NCBI GenBank assembly: GCA_010093995.1
Contig: ML992517.1
Span: forward strand, 262,677-326,676
Length of the DNA: 64,000 bases
Source of the DNA: Elsinoe ampelina
Taxonomy: Eukaryota
Direction: 5' to 3'
The notes beneath the pieces are model-generated. The model was given only the letters and a program-made list of their open reading frames with translations, did not search any database and was not told the origin of the DNA. Shown here in pieces: positions 38,567-53,253 of the stretch; the stretch's first letter is position 1; the number at the start of each line of letters is the position of its first letter. A program made the translations under genes and the position numbers.

Positions 38567-41500
38567 TAATTTCGACTAGTAAGATAAGAAGTTAATTATG
38601 TCTATTTATTAAGATATTAAAACTTAGAAGAAGAAGAAGAAGAAAGCTAGTATATAAAGTATATATAATATCGAGAGTAGAGTAGCTAGAAGCCTAGGCT
38701 ATAATACTAAGATTATATAACTAATCTAAACTAAATCCTAACTAAATCTAGTTCGTATCTAGTTCGTATCTATCTTATATTACTACTCTCTCTCTTAAAC
38801 GTATTTATTCTTAAATACTATTATATAGTTTACCTCTTATTAATCTAGCTTAGATAAGACTTATCTATATAAGAATCTAAATAGTTATAAAGTACATTAG
38901 TAGCTCCTTTTAAATTATTAATTAGCTACTAGGTAAGATTCTCTAGATAGCTCTTCTAGCTTATATAAGTAACTAGCTTTCTATATAGTATATATATATT
39001 AATTATATTATTTATCTTATACTCTTCCTTACTATTAACTTCTATTAGAAGAGGTTTATTAAAGCCTTAGCCTAGTAGAGAGTTATTTAGATACTTAGTA
39101 AGAAGATTAGTATAGAATATAGAGTAGATTTATTATAGTATAGCTAGTAGATCTAGTTTATATATTAATAGTAATTACTTCTTGAGAATCTTATAAGAAC
39201 TAATATACTTTAGTAGTAGCTTTAGATTGTCCTATAGCTAGAGGTTTCTTATTAATAGCTATACTAAATCGCCTACCTTAAACTCTATTAGCTAGTAGTA
39301 TCTATTAGCTTATTCTACTATATATAATTAGGCTACTACGAGGTTTACTTTAGTAATAGATAGTACTTTCTTTAACTACTTAGTAAGTATATAGATATTA
39401 GCCTTATTAAGCTTAGCTCTTATTAATCTAGCGTTAGTAGGAAGCTAGAAGCTTAGTCTTAGCTTATACTCTCTAGTTACTTTAAATAGTAATAGCTTAG
39501 TACTTTCTAATAGGCTAATATTAGTAGAGAACTCTACTACTAGAAGAATAAGAGTCTAATTACTAAAGTATATAGTATATAAATAAATAACTTACTTGAA
39601 TTTATAATTTATTATCTCTAACTAGCTATCTATTTAGAGGTAGATAGCTATAAATAGCTTAGCTATAATCTTTAGAATTTAATAGAGCTTCCTCTATATG
39701 TTACTAATAAACTAAGAGCTATAGTTAGAGGTAATACTATCTAGTAGACTATATAGCTTCTAAACGTAAAAGAATAATAGCTTAGTAGTTTTAAACACTA
39801 AGGTATCTCTATCTCTAGAGAAGTATAAAATTAAGTATTATTCCTTAGTAAAGTAATTAACGATATAGAGTACTATATTATAACTATCTACTAAGAGTAG
39901 TCTAGTAACAAAATCTATAGTAATATATTACTAAGGCCTTTCTAGAATTAATAATAGAGAAAGGAGACTAGCTAGAAGACTATAGTAAGCTTTTAAGTAT
40001 TTATAGTTATAGTAATTAGTAATAAACCTCTTAACGTTATTATTATAGCTTAGGATATAGAAAGTAGTTTTAATTATAGTAGCTATTTTAGTAGCTCTAG
40101 TATATATATAATTCTTTAAGGTATAAACCTCTTAGATAACTTTCGTAGCTATAGAGAAAAGTATAATTAGTTAGCTATTAGCCTATAGTATTCTCTTCTT
40201 AATTATTATATTAGTTAATAGTAGCTATTTCCTCTTTAGGAAGGCTTCTATTATATAGTAGATACTATAAACTAACTTAAACTTAGTATCTTATAAGTTA
40301 GCCTTAGCTACCTTATTAAAAAGAAGTAAAGGCTCTTCTATAGCTAAGATAGGCGCTATATAGATACCTAGTTTAGTAGCTAAAATAGACACTAATATAG
40401 GTAGTAGAATAGAAAGTAAATTAGGTAACGAGCTAGATAGTAAACTAGTCTATAAACTAGATTCTAGTTTAGTAGCTAAACTAGATAGTAATATAGGTAA
40501 TAAACTAGGTACTAAACTAGTTCTTAGTTTAGCTTAAATTAGTAATCTAGTTTAAATATAACCTAGATATAGTTCGTTAATAATATGCTAATTAAGTATC
40601 TTATATAGTAATAGTATCTAGTATAGGTTAGAATCTTCTTTTAAGTATAGTATATCTCTATTTCTCCTTATAAGTACGTTAGCCTTACTATTTATAGTAC
40701 TAGGCCTATATATAATTTTAAAGTTAAACTATATAAAGTAAAGAGCCTAGTATATTTAATAGCGTAATAGCTTTTAAGTCCTTATAAAGTACATTAGAGA
40801 CTAGTAGTTAGTAAGGACATAGATAGCCTTATTAGACTAAGTACTTATAAGTTTAGAGGCCTATTCTTTAAAGGCTTAAACGATAGCTAGTAGCTTCTTA
40901 TTATAGATAGTATAGTTACGTTTAGCTTTACTTATAGACTTACTAAAGAAGATAACTAGCTAAAGAACGTTAGACTTATTATATTATAATAGAATTCTAG
41001 TAGTAGTAGTATTAGAAGTATTAGTTTTAAGGACTATCTATTTTAAATAATTAAAGTATATAAGGATAGATATACTTATAATAGTATACTTTATACGATT
41101 AAACGTAGTAGTATACCTATTATTCTAAGGCGCTATATCCTTCTTAAGTAAGTTATTTAATAGCTTAGTAATAGTACTAAATCCCTTAATAAAATAATAA
41201 TAATAGCTATAGAAACTAATAAAGCTTCTTACTTAAGTAGTATTACTAGGAGCTAGCTACTTCTAAGCTTATATAGCTTTAACCTTCTTAGGATCTATCT
41301 TAACTCTATTTTAACTAATAATAATACTAAGATATTTTACTTCTATTAGGTAGAACTTACTCTTCTTAATATTAGTATTTAGGTCTAATTTATAAAGTTA
41401 CTAAAGTACTAGCTTAATATACTTAGTATACTCTTAGTAAGTACTATTAGTATAGATAAGAATATTATTAAGATAGATTAATATAAAGCATTCTAATATA

Positions 41501-42220
41501 TTAATAAAGTTATAATTTATAAACCTCTACTATATAGTAGAAGTATCAGTAAGGCTAAATAGTATTACTAACTACTTAAAGTTATTTATATATATAAAGA
41601 ACATAGTAAGGTCTTTACTATTAATAGAGTTATAGAGGTAGTAGAAGGCTTAATAAATATTAATCTTACTAAACTATTTAGCTTTACTTATATATATAAG
41701 TATTTCTTTAATAAGAGATAGTAGATAGATATCTCGCTTAGTTACCTTATTAAGTCTATAGTAATTAATATAGAGATAAAGTCCTCTATCTAGCTTATAG
41801 ATAAAGAGAATAGGTAAGAAATAGCTAGTAGAGCTTAGTATAATAAAGCCTTTATTAAGGTACTTATAGATAAACTATTCTACTATATTAAGCTCTTTAG
41901 AAGATAGATAGTATAAAGGCTCTATATATAGTAATTTAGTACTATCTTTAAGAGTAATATAGTTATTAAAATCTAGCTAATACTAAGGGAGTATATTAGA
42001 TTATTCCTTAGAGAAGATATTAGTAAACTCTTATAGCTTCTTTAGAAGAACTACTATAGAATCTAGTTCTAGCTTAGAGGCTATTTAGTAGTAATCCTTA
42101 ATATCTTTTATTAAGATTATAAATACTTTATTCTCTTAGTACTTTACTACTAATATAAAAGTAGTAGTACTAATAAAGGTAATAGTTAGCTCTTTCTTTC
42201 TAGTATTACTTATATAGGTA
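38567..42220 (-). mobile_element. Chromovirus family A copy 3: 3' LTR (38567-38782) and IN/RH/RT, cut off by element F
   Basis: Colinear with 23280-26868; similarity stops abruptly after ...tatataggta at 42220. LTR carries an 11-bp duplication tagttcgtatc. Confidence 0.93.
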
Positions 42221-42301
42221 CATTACGAAAGTCCTAAGCGTAGGGAGTTAGAATATTAGGTTTCTCCGCATTAAACTAAGTTCAACTATGTTAGGTCGCT
42301 A

Positions 42302-42400
42302 TAAACGCACCGCACCTACCTAAATTTAGTTAAACGCACCGTACCTACCTAATTTTAGTTAAACGCACCGTACGTGCCTTAGATTAGATAAACGCTCTAC
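42302..42400. repeat. Subterminal 29-bp tandem repeat (~3.4 copies)
   Basis: taaacgcaccg(c/t)acctacctaa(a/t)tttagt starting at 42302, 42331, 42360, degenerate at 42389. Confidence 0.9.
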
Positions 42401-42599
42401 TTGCCGCAACTAGAATAGATATAGAAATTAACAAGCATCTTCCGGAGAGGGCCCTCTAAGCTAGTATTGTTATAGATCTTGTCTACTAGATAGAGAGGAA
42501 GTATATACTCTACATTATTAGAGCTTAGTATAGAAGCGCTTTTGCTATAATAGGAAAGTAGACATTGTACGCCTTGTTCTCTAGCTTACAACATAAAAC

Positions 42600-43675
42600 C
42601 CTAAACTAATATATACTTATTCTAACTCTATTTTATCGTCTCTACTTAGTTGTCTATTAAGGTGTTAGATGTCTCTAAAGATAAGTACTTTCGCGTAACT
42701 ATATAGCTAGCGACAAAGGTTAATACTAACGAAAAGCGCCTCTATTGCTCTATAGCCTACGAGTTCTACTATCTAGCGGCCTATATCGTCGATAATGTAA
42801 AATAAGCTTACGGAGGAGTATTTATAACTTAGACTCGTAGATGTAAGGAAGCTTTTCCTAAGAAGGACTTAATTATTATAGCTAAGTATAGTTATAACAT
42901 CGAGTATAAATACCTATAGACCTATTCTAGTACTTAGAAGTCGTCGGTAATGTAGGAAGAGAATAATAATAGAAGCTAGATACACTACGTTAATAGTGGC
43001 TATAGTAGCGAGGCTATAGCCTATTCTAAGAAGATTAACACTAATATAGACAGGTACGGGAAATATAATAGACATTTAGTTTAGGCTAAGCTAATCCCTC
43101 GTCTACTAACACGGAATAGTATACCTACTAGAAGGATAATTCTAGAGCTACGAAAGACTACCTAGAAAAGTAAGGTCTAACGAATATCGGCATAGTATCT
43201 AAGCAGCCCCGGAGATAGTACTAAGGATATAGTAGTCTAAACGACAGCTCGAAGGCAGTTATAGCAGAGAAGTAAATACTCTTTCTAGGAAGTTTAAGAT
43301 CTACTTCGACTATCTATCTACGAGGTTATCGGCAAGGAGGTAATTAGTAATAATAAGAGGCTCCTTCTGCTTCTTACCCTTCTTCTCCGCCTTACTAAGC
43401 TTAATACTAGCATAGCTATAGACACTAGCGAAGGTAGAGGCAGTATACTTCTTACCTTACTAGCTCTTAGCGCTAGTTATAGTAGTCGTTAGAGAGGTAA
43501 TAGAGGTAGTGTCCGGGTTAAGATCGTAGCACTTTATTACTATATATTAAAGATAAGATTACCCCGACGCGTACTAAGCTTCCGGCAATAACCCGTAGTC
43601 GTAGCTATATATAAGCAATAGTAGTTATAGAGGGAGCGGCAGTAGTAGCTTTAGTTATAGTATACCTTACTATAG
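42600..43675 (-). pseudogene. Degraded hypothetical gene in F; ends approximate
   Basis: Minus frame reads ...KLSKAEKKGKKQKEPLIITNYLLADNLVDR.SK.ILNFLERVFTSLL... at ~43265-43405; no domain recognised. Confidence 0.4.
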
Positions 43676-44704
43676 CAGAGAGCAAGGAGAAAGGTATAGA
43701 GGAGAAAGAGAGTATTTCTCTCTCGGAGGTAGGTATAATAATACTTTTTCCTACTATATCCCGCCGCTCTACTATTACTACTACTAAGTAGTAGTTATAG
43801 TAATAGCGTGTGTAGGATAATCTAGTATATAATCTTATAGACAGGATTTGTCGTATATATATTATATACTAATAATCTTACAAGGAAATACTTACGACCT
43901 ATATAGATATAGAGGAGGCTTTAGAGGATAAGGAAGAGGCTACTTACCGTACTAAAGGGTAGCTTCTTCCTCGACTTATTTCCTGTGTATAGTATATATA
44001 TAGAGATCGATAAGAATATTCCCTAGCAGGTCTTCTAAGCCGGTGTTATTATAGATCTTATCCGTTAGATAGAAAGGAATAAGTCCTTAGTAACTGCTTT
44101 AGTAGCATCGAGTAGATCCCTACGATATAATAGCGAATAGGGCAAAGTACTATCGTCTATATCGAAGTCTTATTAGTAAACTTATTATAGAGAATAAACT
44201 TTCCTCTTAGACTGCTAACTCTATTAGTAAAACTAACCTAAAGATAACTTACTAATCTAAGTCTTTTACTGCTGTCGCTAAATACTTAGGGTATATCTTA
44301 AGTATCTTAAAGACTAACTTCTATAACGCCTCGCTATAATTTCCTAAGCTATTATAATTAGTAAAGGAATAGACTAACTCTTTAGCGTAAAAACTATATA
44401 AAGCACCTTAGGCCGCGAACCCTATATAGTTTAGAGACTAACCTAATAACACACAGGTGTAAACTAACTAGTTAAGGTAATACCTATAGAAGTTATTATA
44501 ACTCGCCTATCTAATATAGTCTAGTAGTTAACCTAAGTGTACCTAAGCGTTAGGCCGTCGACGTAAGAGATAATCGTTCTAGCTACAAAAGGAGTACTCT
44601 AGCTTTATTAATACCTACTACGCTTACTAACTACGCCTAAGAATCTTAACCTCTCTCGTTTTAAAGCCTTAGCTAGGTAGAGCTATTTAGACTCCTATAA
44701 CTTA

Positions 44705-47361
44705 TTCTATAGTATGTTATATATGTTAAAGTTAGCTATATTATTAATGTATATCCGGCCGTATAGCCTTGTTTTATCTACCGGCACGACGTAGATACTA
44801 TAGTAGATTTACGAGGTAAAGTAGATACGCCTACTAGTAAGGGCGTTCTATCTAGCTCGCGCGCGTCGATTTGTCTAAGGCTTAATTAGTGTTATACTAT
44901 GCTCTCGATTAGCTACTTTATCCGGCCGAGTAGGCTAATATAGATCTACTAGCGCTCCTATATAGTATAGTTATTAACGCTAGCCCGATCTACTAGACTA
45001 GAAGCTATCCTCTATAGTTATTATAAACACAATGTAAGCTAGTAACTTACCTTATAGGCTATTAGGTAATGCTTCGTTAGTGCCTTTGTTGTTTATTGTT
45101 TATTCTTGTACCTAGAGCTAGTCTTGCCTCTTATTACTACGTATCTCTTACTATTTAGTTATACACTAGATAAAGTCTTATTCGTCCGTATTAGGATTAT
45201 TAGGATTATAGTCGGATAGTTTCCTACACTTTAAAGAATAGTAGAACTTAACGCGGAGGTTACTTACCTAGGAAGAATCTAGTTTAAGTCTATCGGGATC
45301 TAGTTTAGCGTCGAACTAATTAGAGTATTTAGTTCTCGAGTTAGAGCCTATATTAGCTATACCTTAACGAGCCTCGCGGACAAATACTACTATTACTTAC
45401 TATAGTAATAGCCTAGGTAGTATGTTAATAAGCGCCTCTAGTTCTCTTACTATACGCTATATAGCTCTCCCCTTAGCGCTAGGCTAGCTAAACTAAGAAG
45501 TAACATTTACTATATCGCTTATGCCGACTAGCGTACTTTAGATCTTAATTAGTTTAGTAGCCGATAGCCTAACTAACTTCGAGAGGTTGTCGAATACTAC
45601 TAACATATTTACTAGTTTAGTATTATAAGTAGCAACCTAGTCTTTCTATCTAGCCTTCTTATTTATAGGTTTAAAGGCGTCCTTAATAAAGCATACATAA
45701 TTATGCTTTAAATAATTAGAATTAAGGCTAGTAACTACTTCGAAATTATAGATAGCCTTTAAAAAATGTATTATTAAGTGCTATTTCGGAAAGTTAAAGT
45801 TGCTCTCTTCTTTCCTGTTACTATAATAGGCCCGGAAGGTTTCTTTATACTTGTTTATCCTAAAGAGCGCAAGGTTAATATACTAGAGTATGTCGTTGTT
45901 ATAGGTCTTATAGTTTACTAGTAATATAAAGTCGACTAGTACGCGTATAAACTTAATAGCTTAAGGCGCCTTAACCTCCTTAAGTAGCGGTATAAATACT
46001 AGAAGCATCTAGCGTATAATACTCTTCTACTCTTAACCTGTCTATTACTTAATAGCTAAGTAGTATAAGAAGTATTAGATGCCGGGAAACACTAGTATAC
46101 TATTAAAACGCTTGTTAATAATATTAAGTATAATCTTCTTTGCCGAGCACTAGTAGCCTATTTGCTATATAGTCTCTCTAGCCTTTATATACCGTAGTAA
46201 TCTCTATGTAGGTATTAAATCCTAGAGCAATTTTCGAGTCTAGCGTAAGATATGTATTAAAACGCCTTTAAGTAGTTAGTATAGAATATCTAGTACTATC
46301 GCGTAGTAAATATTAGTATACGAAAGATCCTATGTAAAGTAACTAACTATATAAACCTAAGAGCTTATATCTATCTTCTCGCTCCGCTACTAACTCTTAC
46401 GTGCTTCTCTCTATAAGCACTATTATTGCTATATAGAGTAGTAAGTTCGGAACGGCGTAGTAACTACTAGGTTCTCTCTTTTGTCCTTACTAATTAGGTA
46501 ACTTATATAATGATATAGTAACTTTATACCGGTTATAGTGACCTATTCGGCGTAATTCGTAGGTATAGTAGTAAGTATAGGGAAGTACCTCTGCCTCTTT
46601 TTATTCGTATAGGAGATTATTTTACTCCCTCTCGAGTAGTAATTAATAACAGTATTAAAGATTTTCTTTATATAAGCGTAGTAGGTCTTCTCCTTAACAA
46701 CATTGCTACTATCTTTAATAATAGAAAGTAAGCCGATTAGTAACTACCCCGGCCGATAGTTGCTATTACATGCTTCTGCCTTTAGGTTGCCTAATAATAG
46801 ATAGATAGTGTATACTATAAGATCTCCTTAATGGTTTATTATCTAGGTCTAATTACTTACGACGATTAATGGGATAATAGTGGCCTTTAGTATCCTAAGT
46901 CGCTTTTATGTGTCCTACTACTAGTCGCTACTTACTATTTCGGTATATACTTATCGTAGTAGCTTACCCTTAATAGCTTCTATAAAGACTCTATACAGGC
47001 TATAGTCTATATCTACTATAAAACTGCGATAGCTAAGTAAGAAGCGTATCGCTATAAGAATATCTAGATACTAGAACGTATGTCTTTTAGGCCTATAATT
47101 AGTGTTTAGTATAAAGCTCGAGGTCTACTAGCTATTAATGCTCCCGCCTGTATCTAAATTCTCTATCTTCTCTATTAGTTTATTCGTAGTTCGCTAACTA
47201 AGGCTCTCTACTAGAGGTTATATGTAGGTCTTTAAGTAATTACGTAATTGTAGCTCTACTAAGTTTCTCCTTTATAAGCTACTAGGTAAGACCTACGTCT
47301 ATACTGCTAATAAAGGCTTCCTTTAGTTAAGTCTTGCCTAACTAATTATAATTTAGTTCAT
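44705..47361 (-). pseudogene. Plavaka-family transposase, RIP-inactivated, probably two introns near the 3' end
   Basis: From ATG 47361: VYTE..S(G)D(WWW)DT(Q), ATIIPLIV.S(D), IYL.LGNL, (D)YAE(Q)V..TG.K, TNIY....(P)DIL(HQ)LLKGV at ~46260-46325; C-terminal I(H)VVP...YINN. GTAAGT donors at 45267 and 45050. Confidence 0.85.
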
Positions 47362-47376
47362 TGTCGGTGTTAGTAT

Positions 47377-47800
47377 ATATATTATAGACTTAGGGAGATC
47401 TAGACAAGATTAGTTAATACAAACTAAGGATAAACTATGTCTATAACTAACTCTTCGCTACTAGCCGGTATACTAGTAGCTATCTCGAACGTAGTATAAT
47501 CGGATATAGCTCTACTAGATAAGAATAACCTCCTAGTACTCCGCTCTATAGACGTGCCGCTAGTTGTACTTGCCGTAATTACTTACTCTTTCTTGTATAT
47601 ACCTTCTATTATAACCTTGTCTATGCCCTCCTCTTCCTTATGTACGTCACTATCGAGCCTACTATTACTATTACTATCTATTCTACGTACTAGAGATCGA
47701 GAGTTAAGGTCGGTAAAGAGACTAAGAGGATTGTCCGCTATACTATACTATATAGTAGGCAAAGAGGGAAGGACACTCTCTACCGGCTATAGACTTTTGT
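47377..47800. repeat. Internal direct repeat X, copy 1 (3' tail of paralog 1)
   Basis: Near-identical (mostly transitions) to ~54729-55155. Confidence 0.92.
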
Positions 47801-50800
47801 TTCTACTCTAGTGTTTAGTTTAATTCTTAGTTACCGTTATTCGCGGCGGAGTAAAGTAGACTAGCGAGTTATTCGGCGTTAGCGGACTATGTTATATATT
47901 ACTAGTAATACTACCTTATTAGTCTTTATTAGATAGTAAGCGCTCTCCCTTATTAAACAAGTAGGGATTGTTACTAGCGTTGTCTCTACGTAGATGTCTA
48001 TTACTACGTTACTCTAGTAAGACTTACACTATGTTACTTATTAGTAGCTCTCTCCTCTAGTAATATAGTAGATGTTAGACAAGGCCTCTACTAGATTATA
48101 TAATCTTCCCGTAAGTCGAGTATTTACTAATTTGCCTTAGTATATCTATGTTTATCACTTAAGATCTAAATTCGTAGTTAGAGTTAGCCGGCTAAATTTT
48201 AGCGATAGTAGAAAGTAAAAAATGTTTAGATGCTATATTATATTAAGTAACCTAAAAGATAGTTTAATATGCACGGGGAACTAAATTAGTCTACTAAACT
48301 AAAGAATTGCATTTTTAGGTAATATAGTTAGACTATTATCTAGTAATCTTAATTATTATCTATAATAATTGTGTTCTTCTTCGCTATAGCTTGTTAAAGT
48401 TTCTAGATCTCTACTCTCTACTTCTCTATTTCCTCGTAGATAACCTTCTATATTATTAACGGCCTACCCTATCTACTATTAAGCTATTCTAGAGGCCTAT
48501 AGAACAGAGCTATTAGCTTTATTATAAACGCCTCTATATAGTTAGCTTTCTAAGACTTAATATTCCTATAGACCTAAGCTAGACACTAAAGGACAGATCG
48601 TAACACTAACGCTATGTCGAGCAAGATTATAGTATCGAAGTAGTTTAGATTAAGACTAGTCTTAATAGCTCTACCCTAGGCAATTAAGATCCTTAAGCCT
48701 TCCGGCCTATTAGGTTCGATAAATGTATTATTAGACATAGCTACGTCGACGATATCTATACGAGTAGGTATAGATGTTATTCTATAGTAGATAATAACTA
48801 TATTAGCATCCTTATCGATCCTGATTGCTTTGCCGTCTAGGTGCTTCTCGAGCTATTTTAGATACTATACCCTTGTTAGTAATAACCTAAATAGACTAAA
48901 TAGACCGAACTAACTATTGTAGCGACTACTAGCACTAATAGTGTAAACGTATAGACAATTACTTACCTCTTTAGCTCCTTCGAATAGGAGATATTCTACT
49001 TAATAATCTTAGAAATAACACTATAAAGGACCTTTATCTAAGGACTAGCGTAAATCTTATCTATATACTACTATAGCGCTATCTCCGAGGAGTTATATAT
49101 AATTTTGTAGGCAAACTTAATAGTAAAGTCGCCGAACTCTTCTATAACTATAGGATCGTTCTAGAATATATCTATAAGAGCAAGGAACATAGAGAAAAGT
49201 AGTAGCGGCGTAACTAGGCTTAGTATTTGCTTCTTAGTCTTCTTATTAAGGATTGTCTCTAATGTTACTTCGGGCTTATTAGATTTGTCCTTTTGCCTGT
49301 TAATTGCCTCTTATATACTCTTATCTATATCCCGTTTAATCTTCTTCTATGTATTTATAAGACTATAAAGATACTTATCCTCGATAGTAATCTCTAGATC
49401 GAAGGTAGAATACGGTAGAACTCTAATAGCTAGCAGACTAGAAGTAGTATCGAAAGGTTTCTAGATATAGTCTATATTTATCTTAATAAGAATATTTGTA
49501 AGGATAGTGCCCTATTTACTAACTATTACTATAATCTCTTCTATAAACTACACACTTCTCTTTTTATTAAACTTACTAGAGTTATTGTTTGCCTTATACT
49601 ATTTATTAATTACAAAGGCATAGTCTAATACTATTTAAAAGTTAAGCTTGTTAGCGATAGTTTGTTAAGTCTTATCTAGTATTATCTTCGGTGTTACTTA
49701 ACATTTATTATTCTTAGCCTTAGTTAGCTCCTACTTAGATTTATAGATGTAGTTCTTGTTAAATTCTCCTATTCTACTTCTATTTACATCGAGCTTTTCT
49801 AATCTAAAGTTCTTATATATAGCCGCTATTAAGAACGCTACTATATTTAAGTACTTAACAAATAGTATTCTACTTATACCTAGTATAAAAGGCCTCCCTA
49901 GTAGTATTCCTAGATAATACTAGGTCTACGTCTTCTAGCTAGTGACCTAATAGAACTTATTAAAGATAATAGCGGCCTAGTTTATAGGCGTAGACTCTAG
50001 CTTTCTCTCTTGTCCCTTAGGAACAAAGTTCTAATCCTTAGCATTTACGTTGTTCTTACTAAGGAAGTAGTAGATTATAGTATTATAAGTAGTAAAGAAG
50101 AACTAATTATTTATCTATAAGGTCCGGGGGTGTCGCTTATATATATCGACTAGTTATAAGACTATAATAGTGTCGATAGACTCGCTAGACTTATCTATCG
50201 GCTAAGACTTCTATTAGTAGTAGCCTATAGGTAGATTCTCTTTGCAAATTAAAGTGTCTATGTTATATACGTCGCTATACTTATGTTCTTATATAGCTTA
50301 GAATATTCTCCCCTAGTATAGGACGACCTTTGTATTAGGTATAAACTTCTATATCTCCTACGCCTACTGTTTTATTATGTTTAATTCGCTAATAATTAGA
50401 TTATAGCTAATAGTATCTATAGAAGCGATATTTAGCTATAGCTCGTTAACTAGTATCTTTACCTTCCGGTACTTACTCTACTTATCCTTAGGTATAGTAG
50501 TATAGTTAGTATCCTAGATAACCTTTTTATTTAAGTTCTGAATTACTAAGAGGAAGAAGAGTCCTATCGAAGTCTTTCTAAATTCTATCTTATATATAAA
50601 CATAAATACTAGGTAGCCTTCGAGGTATTTCTTAAGTGTAATAAGCACTAAGTATATCTATACTACCTCGACTAGATACTTCTTATTCTAACTAAAACAC
50701 TATACACTAGCGTTTGGTAAGTAGATGTCTTTCTTAAAGCCTATAAAGTTATAGACTCTCTCCTAGAACTCTTCGGACTAGTAATCGATTCTAGTGCCTA

Positions 50801-52330
50801 TAGGGATAAAGCTTTAGTTAGCTAGATTATTACTAGTTTACTTGTTGTTGTTATTGTTTATAGTATAAAGTTTAACAAAGTCCGAGCTGCTAAGAGTCTT
50901 ATTAAATATACAAGTTGCAAGCGCTAGGATAGGTATAGATAGCGTCTTAGGGACTAACGGAATATAGTACCTTACTCGCTCCTTGCTAGGTATAATTATA
51001 AAGGGATACTAATTGCTGTCTCGGCATTGCTTATAGTATTTATCTTCTATTACCTAAGTAGGACAATAGTCGATAGTAGTATTATCCTCGTTAGGTAGTA
51101 GAGAGCTAAGTTACTTCTTAGAGGTAGATTTACGTAGTAGTAGGCGCTTAGCTAGAGATAGAGGGGCTAGAGGTTCCTCTTCCTCTTCCTCCTAGACTAG
51201 AGTCGATAGCTTCTAACTATTACAATACTAAAGAGAGTTAACTAAGTATGTTAGTATATACCTAAGTTAAACTAAGTATTAAACTTATAAAGTACTTCTT
51301 TAGGGAGCTTCTTAACTAGATCCGTACTAGGCGTAAGATAGATAAAAATTATATTACTACCTTCGACTAGGGAGTTAATATAGTTAATTATAGTAGTACG
51401 TAGGTCGTAGTTGTCTAAGATAGGTAGGATGTTATATAGCTCTATATAATCTATCTATATAAGGATAATGTTATTACTAACTAACTTCTTCTCCTTTAGG
51501 AATAGCCTAATGTTATTAAGGCTATATACGTTCGAATTATAATTCCCCGGATGTGACCTTAAAATTCTTAGACTAAACGCCTATAGACGACATAAACATC
51601 CTCTCTTTATAATTACGCCTAGGCTAACGTCTAATTACTTAATAATTATAAAGTCAATAATAGTTTTATTAATAATACTCTAGACTAGATAAGATATGTC
51701 CTCTAGCATTTGCTACTAACGTATAGGCTAACTAGTGTAGTAATTAATATCTATATCTATAAGTCCGCTACCGAGTATAGAAGTCTTTAATCTTTTAGAG
51801 AGTCTACTATCGGACTAGGTAGCGGAGGGGCACTTTCTAATATGCTTCTTAGGATAAGCCTTCTTATCTACTTTAGTCTAATTCTTCTTATTCCTAAGCT
51901 CTTACGCCTTAATAGTAAGGACAAAATCTTTAATAATATTACGACTAGATATATTATTATAGTTTCTAATGTTCCTCTTAAACTAGTCTTAGTCTTAATA
52001 GTATAGTCTTTAAAAGAAGATCTTCGTATAGTTATCCTAAGAGTATTATAGGGAAGTTTTAATGTTATTTATAATTGTAGTTATATTAATATTACTATTC
52101 TAAGGTTCTTTATATTTAAGTCCTAGAACTATATAGGCATTCTTATATTCTTCCTACGCTCTTACGCGTGTAGCGGCGTACTAGTCGTTGTCCTAGTTAA
52201 AGAATTTAAGGAAGAATCTCTTAATCTTAAGGTTTTTATCGAGCTATACTTAAATTTCTATAGGAGGTCTTTCGTAGAGCGGAATGTTATTAGTGGCTAT
52301 ACTAGCGCTATTAGGCTAATTCTTAGATAT
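47412..52330 (-). pseudogene. Large hypothetical gene, paralog 1 (~4.9 kb); ends approximate
   Basis: Shares FFN(W)DN, D(W)FK, AIRI, (C)NxA(R)H and II(Q)KVI motifs in the same order with 54764-59591. Confidence 0.65.
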
Positions 52331-53253
52331 ATTACGTACGTCCGTAAGCTTAGTATATACTATAAATAAAGCTTAGAATAATATCTAGTAAATAGGTTAA
52401 GTAGGTATAGTAGATATTAAAGAAGAGATCTCGTAAAGGTATTATATATTTATAAGTTTAGAAGAATTAAGGAGAGGATTTATTAACGTAGTAGGTCTAT
52501 ATACTTCGTAATATATGCCTAACTAAGACTTAACTAAAGAGGAGATATTTAAGTAAAAAGTGCTTAAAAGAGAGATTAAAGAGGTTAAAGAAATACTAGA
52601 GAGCTATATAAGTTATTTATTTATATATAAGAGAGTATAAACAAAGGTAAACTAAAGCAATTAAGGAGAGAAGTAACCTAAATTTAGTCGACTTAGGTCG
52701 GGCCCTAAACTAAGTATGTAGTAGTATACTAGACACAGTATATATATAACAGTAGATTACTTAGTTTAGACACTAAACTAAGAGTAACTATAGTCTATAC
52801 ACTTAGTTACCTTTTATTTTATATGCTATATATACTAAGGATACTATTGTCGTATTTAGAGTAGATCTTAAGGGATAATAGTCTAATAAATAGAGGAAAT
52901 ATAGTAGTAGTTAACGTGAAATAATTAAACAATATTTTAATAGCGAAACTAGTATTTGTATATAAAGGACAATAGTAATAGAATATAAATAGAAGGTAGT
53001 TAGTAGCCTATAGCGGAATAAAGAGCATAGTATATATAGCGTATAGTATAGCTTATAGATGCTAGTAAAGGAACAAAGAAAGTAATATACTACTATCTAA
53101 TTATCTAGACTTTACAATTGCTATATGCGGAATTAAGTAGTAGAGTAGAGTAAAGGCTATACATTCCGCGGAATAGGTAGTTAATAGTACATTCTATATA
53201 ATTATAAATACGCTTTATTCCTCGCCTAGCCCTACTAGGAAGGTAATAGCGAG

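Noticed and set aside
42302..42400. CRISPR-like array
   Set aside because: Head-to-tail repeats without unique spacers, in a eukaryotic transposon context.
47554..47811. 85-aa hydrophobic ORF (and its 144-aa twin at 54906-55340) as membrane or secreted proteins
   Set aside because: Shadow frames antisense to the acidic tails of the minus-strand paralogs. Their similarity comes from repeat X, and both use GTG starts.
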